Of a stretch of DNA of 64,000 nt, positions 41,209 to 49,679 are shown piece after piece. The stretch covers positions 7,895 through 71,894 of the forward strand of contig CAYMKL010000006.1 of assembly GCA_964390805.1 (NCBI GenBank), given 5' to 3'. The notes under the pieces were generated by a model. It did not search any database. It saw only the letters and a list, made by a program, of their open reading frames with translations, and was not told where the DNA came from. Numbering within the stretch: the stretch's first letter is position 1; the number at the start of each line of letters is the position of its first letter. Origin of the DNA: an uncultured Anaerolineae bacterium. GTDB lineage: Bacteria; Chloroflexota; Anaerolineae; VGOG01. The position numbers were made by a program, and so were the translations under genes.

Positions 41209-41747
41209 TCTTCCTCCTCAACTAACGTAAATTCCCAGGCGCACCAGTATTCGTCTGGGTGCGGGTCGGGTGGGCAGGCGATGCAGCGAGTTTGGAAGCA
41301 AGGGTCAATGGTGCGGGCAAAGTTGGCGTATTCCACCAGGCCCACCGGTTTACAGGGAAAATCCGGGCGACCATCCCGCTTACGCGCCGCCTGCACCCGG
41401 CACTCATTCATGCGAAAGACAATGGTGCGCTCATCCACATCTATGATCTCCTGCACATTCAGGAGGGCGTAGAGACGGTACTGCAGCGCCTCTTTCAGAG
41501 CGGGAATCCCGCCACCGGGCTCGATACCCAGCCGCCGCATGATGCGCCTGGCCTCGACGACGGTGAACTTCTCCCAGGCTTTAGCATCCAGCTCGATGGC
41601 CGCCTCCATGCCGAAAGCCCCTTCGACGGCCAAAAACCAAAGCCCGTCGTGAGCCAGCCAGTTCTTGGCCGCGTCCTCTAGCAAGCCGATCAGCTCTTCT
41701 TTGGATAGTTGACGCAATAGATCTCGGTCAGGCATAGAACCCCCTTG
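41205..41747 (-). CDS. Hypothetical Cys-rich protein, translationally coupled (ATGA overlap) to the downstream FAD oxidoreductase gene
   Basis: ORF with RBS GGGAGGGAG. C-terminal cysteine cluster CFQTRCIACPP...YWCAW. I recognise no family. Confidence 0.45.
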   Translation of the reverse strand, partial: QGGSMPDRDLLRQLSKEELIGLLEDAAKNWLAHDGLWFLAVEGAFGMEAAIELDAKAWEKFTVVEARRIMRRLGIEPGGGIPALKEALQYRLYALLNVQEIIDVDERTIVFRMNECRVQAARKRDGRPDFPCKPVGLVEYANFARTIDPCFQTRCIACPPDPHPDEYWCAWEFTLVEEEE

Positions 41748-41784
41748 CTTCATCACCATCTCCCTCCCTGGCAACGGCTGAGTA

Positions 41785-41836
41785 GAGACGAACAAGCAAA
41801 TCAGCGAACGACGCCCTTCGCCATTCGCTGATTTGT
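41785..41836 (-). terminator. Conserved 52-54 nt hairpin element (stem CAAATCAGCGAA/TTCGCTGATTTG), copy 1. Probably a minus-strand terminator.
   Basis: Nearly identical to 43970-44023, and both follow stops of minus-strand genes. Confidence 0.45.
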
Positions 41837-41950
41837 TGAACCCAATTCTACCACAACTTCATCTCTTTGGCAACCACTCAGTCTGGAAGTCAAAAAGCCG
41901 CCGGCCCACCTCCTCCGTGATGGCTTTTGCAAGGGCGAATATGGATTAGT

Positions 41951-42787
41951 TCAATCTTTGAGGTGATACTCTCTTATCCGTCCGTCTTTCCAGAGAAGCA
42001 GGTCCGCGGAGAGGGCGTGATCGCGCTCCGCTGCGTCGCGACGTACCTGGCCAGCGATAGCGGCTACCTGGGCCGGGTCGCGGTCGCTGAAGGCGATCAG
42101 AAAATCGCGATTAGGGATGCCGATCAACATCCGACCGGGGATGCGTCCGGCCCAGGTGTCCATCAGATCGGGCAGCAGGACGCGCGTGGCTGCGTAGCCG
42201 TCGTGCGTATCGCACACCACCATGGTCTTGTCGCGCAGCCCGTGCGTGTGATAGACGTCGCTAGTGGTGCGCAGGCGCAGGTTATGAAGCGCGTATTCGT
42301 GGATCATGTCGAAGGTGGTCTCCGGGCCAGCCATCATTTCGGCCAGCATGTTTTCGTTCACGTAAGCGCGGTAGTCAGGGAAATCGAACACGTAGCTGAT
42401 GACCAGCCCAGCTACGAACGGGCGATGCACTGGTGGGAGAGCACCTCGCTGCTGCATCTGTTCCAGCAATGCAGGCCGGTTGAGCATCGGCAGCAGCGCT
42501 TCGGCGGCCTCTTCTTCGGTCGGAGGTGGAGGGGTTGGGGGCACCTTGCCCAGGGCGTTCAGGTGCACCTGCACGATGTCATCCAGACGGTGAGGAGAGT
42601 TCAGGTAGGCCTGGTAGCTGATATCCAGCTTGCAGCGCATCGGCTCATCGTGCACCACGATGTGCAGCACGCCCTCTTCGCGTTTGACCACCTCGTAGCC
42701 AGCCTGCCGCGTGGCCGCCTCCATGTGGGCGGTGAAGGCTTCCAGATCAAGCAGTTTGTTCCTTCGGCGTCGTTTTCGTTTGGCCAT
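41951..42787 (-). CDS. Hypothetical protein (DUF1444/UPF0354-like?), basic N-terminus
   Basis: Clean ORF with RBS GAGGAAACACC. The family assignment is tentative and from memory. Confidence 0.45.
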   Translation of the reverse strand: MAKRKRRRRNKLLDLEAFTAHMEAATRQAGYEVVKREEGVLHIVVHDEPMRCKLDISYQAYLNSPHRLDDIVQVHLNALGKVPPTPPPPTEEEAAEALLPMLNRPALLEQMQQRGALPPVHRPFVAGLVISYVFDFPDYRAYVNENMLAEMMAGPETTFDMIHEYALHNLRLRTTSDVYHTHGLRDKTMVVCDTHDGYAATRVLLPDLMDTWAGRIPGRMLIGIPNRDFLIAFSDRDPAQVAAIAGQVRRDAAERDHALSADLLLWKDGRIREYHLKD

Positions 42788-42828
42788 GGTGTTTCCTCGG
42801 ATTCCGCTGGGGTAACTGCTCAAGCCGT

Positions 42829-42917
42829 GTCATTGCGAGGCGTTTCTTTGCCGAAGCAATCTCCCGCCAGCGAATTGGGGATCGCTTCGTCGCAAAACCC
42901 GCTCCTCGCGATGACAC
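42829..42917. repeat. MITE-like element (copy B) with GTCATTGCGAGG...CCTCGCGATGAC termini
   Basis: gtcattgcgaggcgtttctttgccgaagcaatctcccgcc...ggggatcgcttcgtcgcaaaacccgctcctcgcgatgacac. Confidence 0.6.
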
Positions 42918-43103
42918 CTACGAGCGCACCTTATACACGTTCAGCCCCACTTTCACATCAGAATGGGGCTCAGGTAGCGGCTGGTTGCCTTTGGTAGAGG
43001 CAATGATGATGCTCTTGCCCGAGGCGCTTGGCCCAGCCGTCTTGCTCAGGTCCACCTTGATGGTGAGGATGCTGCCCTCGATCTTCATTTCGACGTTGAC
43101 CAT
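42918..43103 (-). CDS. Small hypothetical protein (61 aa)
   Basis: ORF only, with weak resemblance to swapped-hairpin small proteins. Its stop abuts the MITE-like element. Confidence 0.3.
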   Translation of the reverse strand: MVNVEMKIEGSILTIKVDLSKTAGPSASGKSIIIASTKGNQPLPEPHSDVKVGLNVYKVRS

Positions 43104-43139
43104 TGGAGTGTTCTCCTCTCTGGGATTATGGTCAGAACT

Positions 43140-43604
43140 CTACCTCTCTGCTTCTTCTGTGCTCAGTTGGCTCAGCAGACTGCGAACCGTGAGCAGAAAC
43201 TCACCCGGTTGCTGCACGGTGATGATGTGGGCAGGCGGAGAGTAATGGCGTACATTGAAAGTCAGGAGATAGGGACATCTCTCCCGCAGCGCCGCAACCA
43301 GGATGGGCAAGTCCTTGGAGTCGGCTTGGTCGGCATGAGGGAGGAGATCATCTGGCTCCGGGTCAGGCACCACGCGCAGACAGCGGCTGACCAACAGATG
43401 GAGCTCAGGCAGCTTCGTGGGTAACTTGTCGGCCAGATTGCGCTCCACCTCGGTCACGGCCTGCTGAGAGGTGACGCACTCGATCAGGGTGATTTCGCCC
43501 ATGCGCAGCACAACGTGACTGGCGCCATACTCAGAGGGTGAAGCTGCTCCAGCGAAGATGACGTCGGCATCCAGGAAGACGGTTGGCTTACGTATCCTGG
43601 CCAC
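43140..43604 (-). CDS. PIN-domain ribonuclease (VapC-like toxin)
   Basis: The N-terminus VFLDADVIF carries an acidic Asp. Overall PIN fold pattern. Overlaps the upstream antitoxin gene by 17 nt. Confidence 0.65.
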   Translation of the reverse strand: MARIRKPTVFLDADVIFAGAASPSEYGASHVVLRMGEITLIECVTSQQAVTEVERNLADKLPTKLPELHLLVSRCLRVVPDPEPDDLLPHADQADSKDLPILVAALRERCPYLLTFNVRHYSPPAHIITVQQPGEFLLTVRSLLSQLSTEEAER

Positions 43605-43863
43605 CGTACTTCTCCGCCGTGTACCGCTCGCGTTGCTCGCGCAGCCCTTTGAGCATCTCCTCCATGCTCAGTCCCGCTTCGATGCGCGCCCGTTCGATCT
43701 CCCGTGCCAGCTCGGGCACCATGGGCGTCATCGGTGTCAGCACGAAGATGCCGTCCAGGTCCACAAGGCGGAAGGTGTCACCCGGCTTGATGCTGTAACG
43801 CTCGCGCAACCGAGCGGGTAAGGTCAGCGTACCCCGCTGACGCACCTGTACTGTGATGTCCAT
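43588..43863 (-). CDS. AbrB/MazE/SpoVT-type antitoxin (swapped-hairpin DNA-binding domain)
   Basis: MDITVQVRQRGTLTLPARLRERYSIKPGDTFRLVDLDG. The start at 43863 is internal to the longer annotated ORF. Confidence 0.6.
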   Translation of the reverse strand: MDITVQVRQRGTLTLPARLRERYSIKPGDTFRLVDLDGIFVLTPMTPMVPELAREIERARIEAGLSMEEMLKGLREQRERYTAEKYGGQDT

Positions 43864-43969
43864 AGAATCGTCTCCCGTCCGCATTTCTGCTTCATCTGAT
43901 TTCCAGCACAATCTGATTATACACCAGAGAGACGTTGGAGTCAAGTGCTACTCCGGCATCGTCCGCTGG

Positions 43970-44023
43970 CAGAGACAAACAAACAAATCAGCGAACGACG
44001 CCCTTTGCCATTCGCTGATTTGG
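43970..44023 (-). terminator. Conserved 54-nt hairpin element, copy 2, downstream of the TIR-STAND gene
   Basis: agagacaaacaaacaaatcagcgaacgacgccctttgccattcgctgatttgg. On the minus strand the stem is followed by GTTTGTTTG. Confidence 0.5.
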
Positions 44024-44039
44024 GGATGCTGGGCGCTGC

Positions 44040-46922
44040 TCACAGCGACTCCTCCAACCGGGCCAGCAGAGCACCGGCCTCGTCGTAGGCCACGCGGTAG
44101 GTGTAATCCGGCGGGCCGTCGCAGGTGGCCAAGTGGCGGGCCTGCTGCGCATGGGCCAACGCCGCCTCTCGATCCCCCTTCTCCAGCGCCATCTCCGCCA
44201 GGAAGAGGTGCACGTCGGCGCCTTGCAGCACGTACTCGCTGCGTTCGGTGATGATCAATGCTTCCCCGGCCAGGCGCAGCGCCTCGTCGGTATGCCCCTG
44301 GTCTCGGCGCAGACGAGCCAGGTCCAGCAGGATGTATGCCTCGTGATCCACCATGTTGATGCCCCGGCAGCGGGTCAGGGCCTCGGTCAGGTGGCGGTCG
44401 GCATCGTCGAGGCTTCGCCCTGAGCCTGTCGAAGGGTCGCCGCTGGCCCAGTGCGCCGCGCCCAGCAGCCAGTGGGCGCACACGTAGTCCCGCTCGTACG
44501 GGGACCAGGTTCGGGCCGTCTCGTCCGCCAGTTGCAGCGCCCTCCGGGCGGCGGCCAGTCCCTCAGCGTGCAGGGGCGCAGCGTGCTCTGCCCCTACAGC
44601 CCGCACCCACAGCAGGGCGCGCAGCGTCCGATAGGCCCAGTTCACAGATCCGTAATTTGTCTGTCCTGGTCCCAGTTCGTCGAACACCTTTTGGGCCGTC
44701 AGTAACTCCTTCTCCGCGTCGGCCCACGCGCCACAGTAGGCCAGCAGCCGCCCCAGTTCCGAATGCCCAATCGCCTCGTTGAACTCATCCTCAATCTCCC
44801 GACAGAGGGCAATACGGCGGCGCAGGCTGGCCTCTGCCGCCCGCAGCGCACCGATGACCAATTGCTGCGTTGCCAGGTTCCCCAGGTCGATGGCGAGATT
44901 CCGCCTATCACCCTCGCTTTCATCCAGGTCCGCCGAAACTTGGAACAGTGGCACAGCACGACCTGGCTGTCCTGAGAGAGAGTGGGAGTTGGCCAGAGCA
45001 CATGCAGCCCATGACTGGGAACGCTTGGTTTCCAAGCACGGCGGTTGATCTTCTCCCCCAGGGAATAAGACACTTAGCAGTTCAATCTGCAATTGATAGC
45101 TGCCAAGCTGATAATAGGCAGCGCTGTGAAGACGATTCTGAAAGAGCCTGAACGCCTCGTCGTAGAACCCAGCGCGCACGGTGTGGTGGTAGAGTTCGAT
45201 CACCGGCGCCAGGTCGTCCAGGGAGTGCACCTGGTCCGGCGGGGGCACGGCGGCGAAATAGTCCCGCAATTGGCCGTGGGCGGCCTGCCGCTCGGGATCG
45301 CCCAGCCGGTCGTACGCGTAACGTCGCACAATGGGGTGCAGGTCGTAGCGTCCTTTCTGGCGGTCGTGGTGCAGCAGGCCACGGGCCACCAGGTCGCGCA
45401 GGTCAGCATCCAATCCGTAGGGGCGGGGCAACCCCGCCCCTTGCGGCGATGGGAGCGATGGGGGTGATGGGGCCGAGGGAACCTCGCCCCTACCGATGGC
45501 GGCGATGGCCTCGTAGCCCACCGCGCCGCGGAAGCAGGCGATGCGACTGAGCAACCGCTGGCGTCCGGGCGTCAGGTTGCTGTAGGCCTGCCCCAGCACG
45601 TGGTGCTGGCGCTGCTTCAAATTGCCGCTCACGTCCAACCGCCGGGCGGCGGCCACGTCGCCGGGTTGCTGTGGATCACGCACGGTGAGACCGGCCAACA
45701 AGCGCAGGCTCAGCGGGTGGTAGCCGTAGGGGGCGCAGGCCGCCTGGATCTCGGCCCGCGCGCCGCGGATGCCCTGGGCACGGAAGAAGGCCACCGCGTC
45801 GGCCTTCCCCATCTGGGTCAGCTCCTCCTCGCAGCAGCCCTGCAGCAGGTCGCCCCCGTGGACTTGCAGGATGCGGGGCAGCAGCCGGGTGGTTAGGAGG
45901 ACCTTGCCGCGGATGCCCGGCAGGGTGGCCACGCCGCGCAGGAGGTGCTCGGCGAGGGGAGAGATGCAGTCGCGCTGGCCCTCACCCCTCCCCCCGTCCC
46001 CCTCCCCTCTCCCAACATCAGGAGAGGAGAGGGGGTGGTCGCCGAGGTAGGCGGCGTTCATGCTGCTGTAGGCACGCAGGGCGCGCTCGAAGCCGTCCAG
46101 GATGAGCAGCGTGCCGGGCTGGCGCAGCAGCCGCAGCAACTCGTCGGCCTGCTGGCGGGGGCCCAGGCGGGACGCACCTCGCAGGTGCATTGCACTCTGC
46201 AGGTAGCCCAACGCCTCCCGCAGGAAGGAGTCGAACTCCCGCTCGTCGTAGAAGCCCCACCAGACGACGCGAGGCCAGGCGGCGGGGTTCACGTCGTGCA
46301 GCAGCCAGTGCCAGGCCAGGGCGGACTTGCCGAAGCCACCCAGCGCACGCAGCACCAGCAGGGAGTGACCGCTGTCGGCGTGGAGCCAGCGGCTCAGCAT
46401 CTCCCGCTCGGCCAGCCGCCCGGTGAAGTTGGGCGGCATGGGGTAGGGATGCTTCAGGAACCATTCCTCCCGGCGGGGTGGCTCTGGTGCTTCCTGCATG
46501 GGCGGCGCGCCCAAGGCAGTAAGGAGCTGCGTCCAGGCGAGGTCGCGTTCCTCCGGGTCGGTGAAGTCCACGTAGGTCAGGTAGCGGATACGTAGCGGCA
46601 GATCGCACCTTTCCTTCAGCAGCGGGATCAACCGGCGCTCACGGTTGGCCGGATCGAGCACCTGGAGCATCAACGTCTCGAACTCGGTCCAGGCGCTGGT
46701 CAGGTAGGCGGGCGTCAGTACGAGTAGCGTCTTGCGACTGGTCAGCACGGCCCGCTCCATCTCGGTGACGCTGGGTGCGCCGGGCTCGAAATCGCGGTAG
46801 TCCATGATGACCTCCAACCCCGCTGCCTCCAGAAACGGTAGTAGCGTTCCCCGTACCCAAGCTTTGTCAGCGTGGCTGTAGGAGATAAAGACGTCGTAGC
46901 GGTATTCTTCCTGTTCGCTCAT
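44040..46922 (-). CDS. TIR-domain / NB-ARC (STAND P-loop NTPase) / TPR-repeat protein, a candidate antiphage defence sensor-effector
   Basis: N-terminal TIR (YDVFISYSHADKAWV...). Walker A LRALGGFGKSALAWHW with Walker B/NB-ARC features. C-terminal TPR-like repeats of about 350 aa. A low-complexity G/E/R-rich insert sits inside the NTPase. Confidence 0.85.
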   Translation of the reverse strand: MSEQEEYRYDVFISYSHADKAWVRGTLLPFLEAAGLEVIMDYRDFEPGAPSVTEMERAVLTSRKTLLVLTPAYLTSAWTEFETLMLQVLDPANRERRLIPLLKERCDLPLRIRYLTYVDFTDPEERDLAWTQLLTALGAPPMQEAPEPPRREEWFLKHPYPMPPNFTGRLAEREMLSRWLHADSGHSLLVLRALGGFGKSALAWHWLLHDVNPAAWPRVVWWGFYDEREFDSFLREALGYLQSAMHLRGASRLGPRQQADELLRLLRQPGTLLILDGFERALRAYSSMNAAYLGDHPLSSPDVGRGEGDGGRGEGQRDCISPLAEHLLRGVATLPGIRGKVLLTTRLLPRILQVHGGDLLQGCCEEELTQMGKADAVAFFRAQGIRGARAEIQAACAPYGYHPLSLRLLAGLTVRDPQQPGDVAAARRLDVSGNLKQRQHHVLGQAYSNLTPGRQRLLSRIACFRGAVGYEAIAAIGRGEVPSAPSPPSLPSPQGAGLPRPYGLDADLRDLVARGLLHHDRQKGRYDLHPIVRRYAYDRLGDPERQAAHGQLRDYFAAVPPPDQVHSLDDLAPVIELYHHTVRAGFYDEAFRLFQNRLHSAAYYQLGSYQLQIELLSVLFPGGEDQPPCLETKRSQSWAACALANSHSLSGQPGRAVPLFQVSADLDESEGDRRNLAIDLGNLATQQLVIGALRAAEASLRRRIALCREIEDEFNEAIGHSELGRLLAYCGAWADAEKELLTAQKVFDELGPGQTNYGSVNWAYRTLRALLWVRAVGAEHAAPLHAEGLAAARRALQLADETARTWSPYERDYVCAHWLLGAAHWASGDPSTGSGRSLDDADRHLTEALTRCRGINMVDHEAYILLDLARLRRDQGHTDEALRLAGEALIITERSEYVLQGADVHLFLAEMALEKGDREAALAHAQQARHLATCDGPPDYTYRVAYDEAGALLARLEESL

Positions 46923-46984
46923 CGTCCCTCCTATCGGCGCGGCATCGGGACTCAATCGCCAGGCGGCTACCACCTGGCGACAAT

Positions 46985-48367
46985 TTACCGGGCACAGCGG
47001 AAGCCGACGTCGTCGTTGGCCAGTTCAACGGCGCTAGCGCTCCGCTCGGTGGTGCGCACCAGATTCTGGTCGCTGAACCAGCCGCCCCCTCGGATCACCC
47101 TGTACTTCTCTCCAAAATAAGGGGAATAGAAGTCACCGCCAGGATAGGCCTTAAACCAGTCGCTCGTCCACTCGGATACGTTGCCCGCCATGTCCATCGC
47201 ACCATAAGGACTGGCCCCGGCAGGGAAGCTCCCTACAGCGGTGGTCCCGCGATGACCTGCCTCCTTCGCGTTGGCCCTGGCTGCATCCCACTGGTTGCCC
47301 CAGGGATAGCTGCGCGCATCGGTGCCCCGCGCCGCCTTTTCCCACTCCGCTTCGGTAGGTAACCTCTTCCCCGCCCACTGGCAAAAAGCTTTGGCATCGT
47401 TCCAGCTTACTTTCACCACGGGATGCTGAGCCTTGTCCTTAGCATAGTACCGCCAGGACGTGTCACCTGCCTTCTCCGCATCGGTGACATAGCCTGTTTC
47501 CGCGACAAACTTCTCAAAGTCCTCGTTGGTTACCTCAAGCTTGTCCATCTCAAAGCCATCAACGAAGACCGCATGAGGCGGCCTCTCGTCCTCGACATCG
47601 CTGCCCATGGTGAACTCTCCAGCAGGGATGGCGATCATGGCCGCCTCTACCGCGGGGCGCGGAGTCGGCGGGGTCGAGGTTGCCGTCGCCCTGACTTCAG
47701 TTGCGGTGCTGGTGGGCGCTATCGTCCCACCCTGGGGGATGATCAACTCCTGGTCTATCTGCAGCCGATTGGGATCTGATATAGCGTTGACCTCTTGGAG
47801 AGCCTCGACTGTAACCCCGTACTGCTTGGCGATGGCACCCAGCGTGTCGCCGGCCTCAACCACGTGGATCACAGGCGCGGTGGTCGGTGAGACGGAGGTT
47901 GATGTGACTGTAGCCTCTACCTGCCTCTGAGGAATGACGAGCTCCTGGTCTATCTGCAAACGTGTGGGATCGGAGATAGCATTGACTTCCTGGAGGGCTT
48001 CCACGGTAACTCCGAACTCCTTGGCGATGGCGCCCAAAGTATCTCCAGCCTGAACCACATAGATCACCGGCGTAGGCGTAGGCAAGGCAGGCGTCAGAGT
48101 GGGCGGTGGGAGCGTTGCTGTCGCTTCGTACATATGTTGATGAAGCGGCGGCATAAGGTGCATGGGAGTCGTCGTTACAGGGGCAAGAGTCCTTTCAGGC
48201 GGCATCGGCGTGGTAGCGGTAGCCGTCAGCGGGATAAGGGTTGGAGTTTCCTGCACAGGTTGTGATGTTGGCGTAGCTCGTGCAAGCGTTGGAATTCGCG
48301 AACAGGCTGTTGTGGCGAGGACAAACCCCATCGCCACCAGCAAGGCCCCTAGCTTGTTTCTTATCAT
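46985..48367 (-). CDS. Lipoprotein with two LysM domains and a C-terminal FGE-sulfatase (SUMF1-like) domain
   Basis: Lipobox LATTAC. Two LysM repeats (YVVQAGDTLGAIAKEFGVTVEALQEVNAISDP and HVVEAGDTLGAIAKQYGVTVEALQEVNAISDP). The FGE-sulfatase signature ends in RGGGWFSD and GFRCAR. Confidence 0.8.
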   Translation of the reverse strand: MIRNKLGALLVAMGFVLATTACSRIPTLARATPTSQPVQETPTLIPLTATATTPMPPERTLAPVTTTPMHLMPPLHQHMYEATATLPPPTLTPALPTPTPVIYVVQAGDTLGAIAKEFGVTVEALQEVNAISDPTRLQIDQELVIPQRQVEATVTSTSVSPTTAPVIHVVEAGDTLGAIAKQYGVTVEALQEVNAISDPNRLQIDQELIIPQGGTIAPTSTATEVRATATSTPPTPRPAVEAAMIAIPAGEFTMGSDVEDERPPHAVFVDGFEMDKLEVTNEDFEKFVAETGYVTDAEKAGDTSWRYYAKDKAQHPVVKVSWNDAKAFCQWAGKRLPTEAEWEKAARGTDARSYPWGNQWDAARANAKEAGHRGTTAVGSFPAGASPYGAMDMAGNVSEWTSDWFKAYPGGDFYSPYFGEKYRVIRGGGWFSDQNLVRTTERSASAVELANDDVGFRCAR

Positions 48368-48400
48368 CGCAAAACCTCCATTTCGTGTGGCGGGCAAGTT

Positions 48401-48904
48401 TCAGCCACGCTTCTCTGCTCCCCCTTCAACCCTATTCAAGTCCACATGCAAAAAGGGGTTGTCGGTCATCAGGCCCTCTGCTTTAGCTGCACGCAACATC
48501 TGATCGTCGCCGCTGACGAAGACCAGTATGATCTCCTGATCGGCCAGGTTGCGAGCAGCTTCCAACCCGGTAGCCAGGTGTACTGCATCGCAGCCTTTCA
48601 GTGGATGTGCTCGGGGCAAAAGGGCGGCACGGTCAATGAGCAGTCGGGTCACAGCCAAGAGTTGATAGGCACCTGTTTCTACGTCATTGGCGAAGTCTCG
48701 ATACGCATGTTGACCCTGCCGTTTGGTCAATTTGCCCACCCTGATAGAGATGGCAATGGCGGCTGACACCTCCACGATGGTCATCTCGCTGGTCAGGAAT
48801 ACGTTTTCCGGGTCGGCTGCCAGCAAACGCACCCAGGCACTACCTGGCTCGTCTACGTACCGCTTGACCACCACACTGGAATCCCAATAATAGAAGAAGC
48901 CCAT
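48401..48904 (-). CDS. PIN-domain protein (VapC-like)
   Basis: WDSSVVVKRYVDE and PIN pattern. Confidence 0.7.
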   Translation of the reverse strand: MGFFYYWDSSVVVKRYVDEPGSAWVRLLAADPENVFLTSEMTIVEVSAAIAISIRVGKLTKRQGQHAYRDFANDVETGAYQLLAVTRLLIDRAALLPRAHPLKGCDAVHLATGLEAARNLADQEIILVFVSGDDQMLRAAKAEGLMTDNPFLHVDLNRVEGGAEKRG

Positions 48905-48915
48905 GGCACAATCTC

Positions 48916-49239
48916 CTAGCGACGGCTCGCAAGAATGATTTGCGATAACGGCGGGTCCAGACGCAAGGCTCTTAACTCAGCCTGAATTTCCCGGCGCTCT
49001 TCTTCGGGAATCTGACGCCACTCCTCTGCTGCAGCCAGGATGTGAGGCGGGGGATCCACCAGCAAGCCGGCCCGGCGCAGCGCAGCTAAACCCCGCTCCT
49101 TCTCGCCCAGTTCTGCTTCCGCAACCTCAGTCGCTGGAGTCACTCCTTGCCCTATCGCGATTTCCAGCCAGTGAACTCCCGTCTCCAGGCGTTCCACTCG
49201 CTTGACCAGTTCCTTAAACTGAGCTTCTAAGACAGCCAT
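48916..49239 (-). CDS. Putative antitoxin partner of the PIN gene (small helical protein)
   Basis: RBS AAGGAGG precedes MAVLEAQFKELVKRVERLE. Lies immediately upstream of the PIN gene. The longer 208-aa ORF seems over-extended. Confidence 0.4.
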   Translation of the reverse strand: MAVLEAQFKELVKRVERLETGVHWLEIAIGQGVTPATEVAEAELGEKERGLAALRRAGLLVDPPPHILAAAEEWRQIPEEERREIQAELRALRLDPPLSQIILASRR

Positions 49240-49679
49240 ATCACTTCCTCCTTCACCGTATTTTGAGCATCGGCACCGGACATTCCACCAGTGATAACCC
49301 CTCGTACAGGATCGCCCTGGTGTTGACACTTTCATTCTGTCAACGAATGAAGCAACGAATTTGAATCGTCTGGTGCAGTGACTCCTTGGAGAACACGTCG
49401 TATCGCTCGCGGATCTGAGCGATTTCCCACTCCGCCAAGCGGATCTCTTTTTCGATGAAGGCAGTAACCCTTTTCGAATGAGTTCGGATTCCGAGATCGC
49501 CAACGTGTTGCTCAATTCGAGAGTCAACGCTTGAACATCCATTTAACACCTCCTGACTTGATCTCTGAGTAGGCCAGGTCACTGCGCCCGCACAAGAAGT
49601 ATACCATAGCTCTATCAAGCCTGCAAGTCCCCAATCGCCTCCAGCACCAGTTATGACAGGCTACTCCCCCACCTCGATA

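Noticed and set aside
41927-42997. 356-aa plus-strand ORF
   Set aside because: It is antisense to the better-supported minus-strand gene 41951-42787, which has an RBS and a protein-like composition. The translation is His/Arg/Val-rich and spans the MITE-like element.
44125-46608. Multiple ORFs of 70-220 aa on both strands inside the TIR-STAND gene (e.g. 45945-46595 plus and 46018-46608 minus)
   Set aside because: They are alternative-frame artefacts of a GC-rich 2.9-kb gene. The TIR-NBARC-TPR frame is continuous and has coherent domain order.
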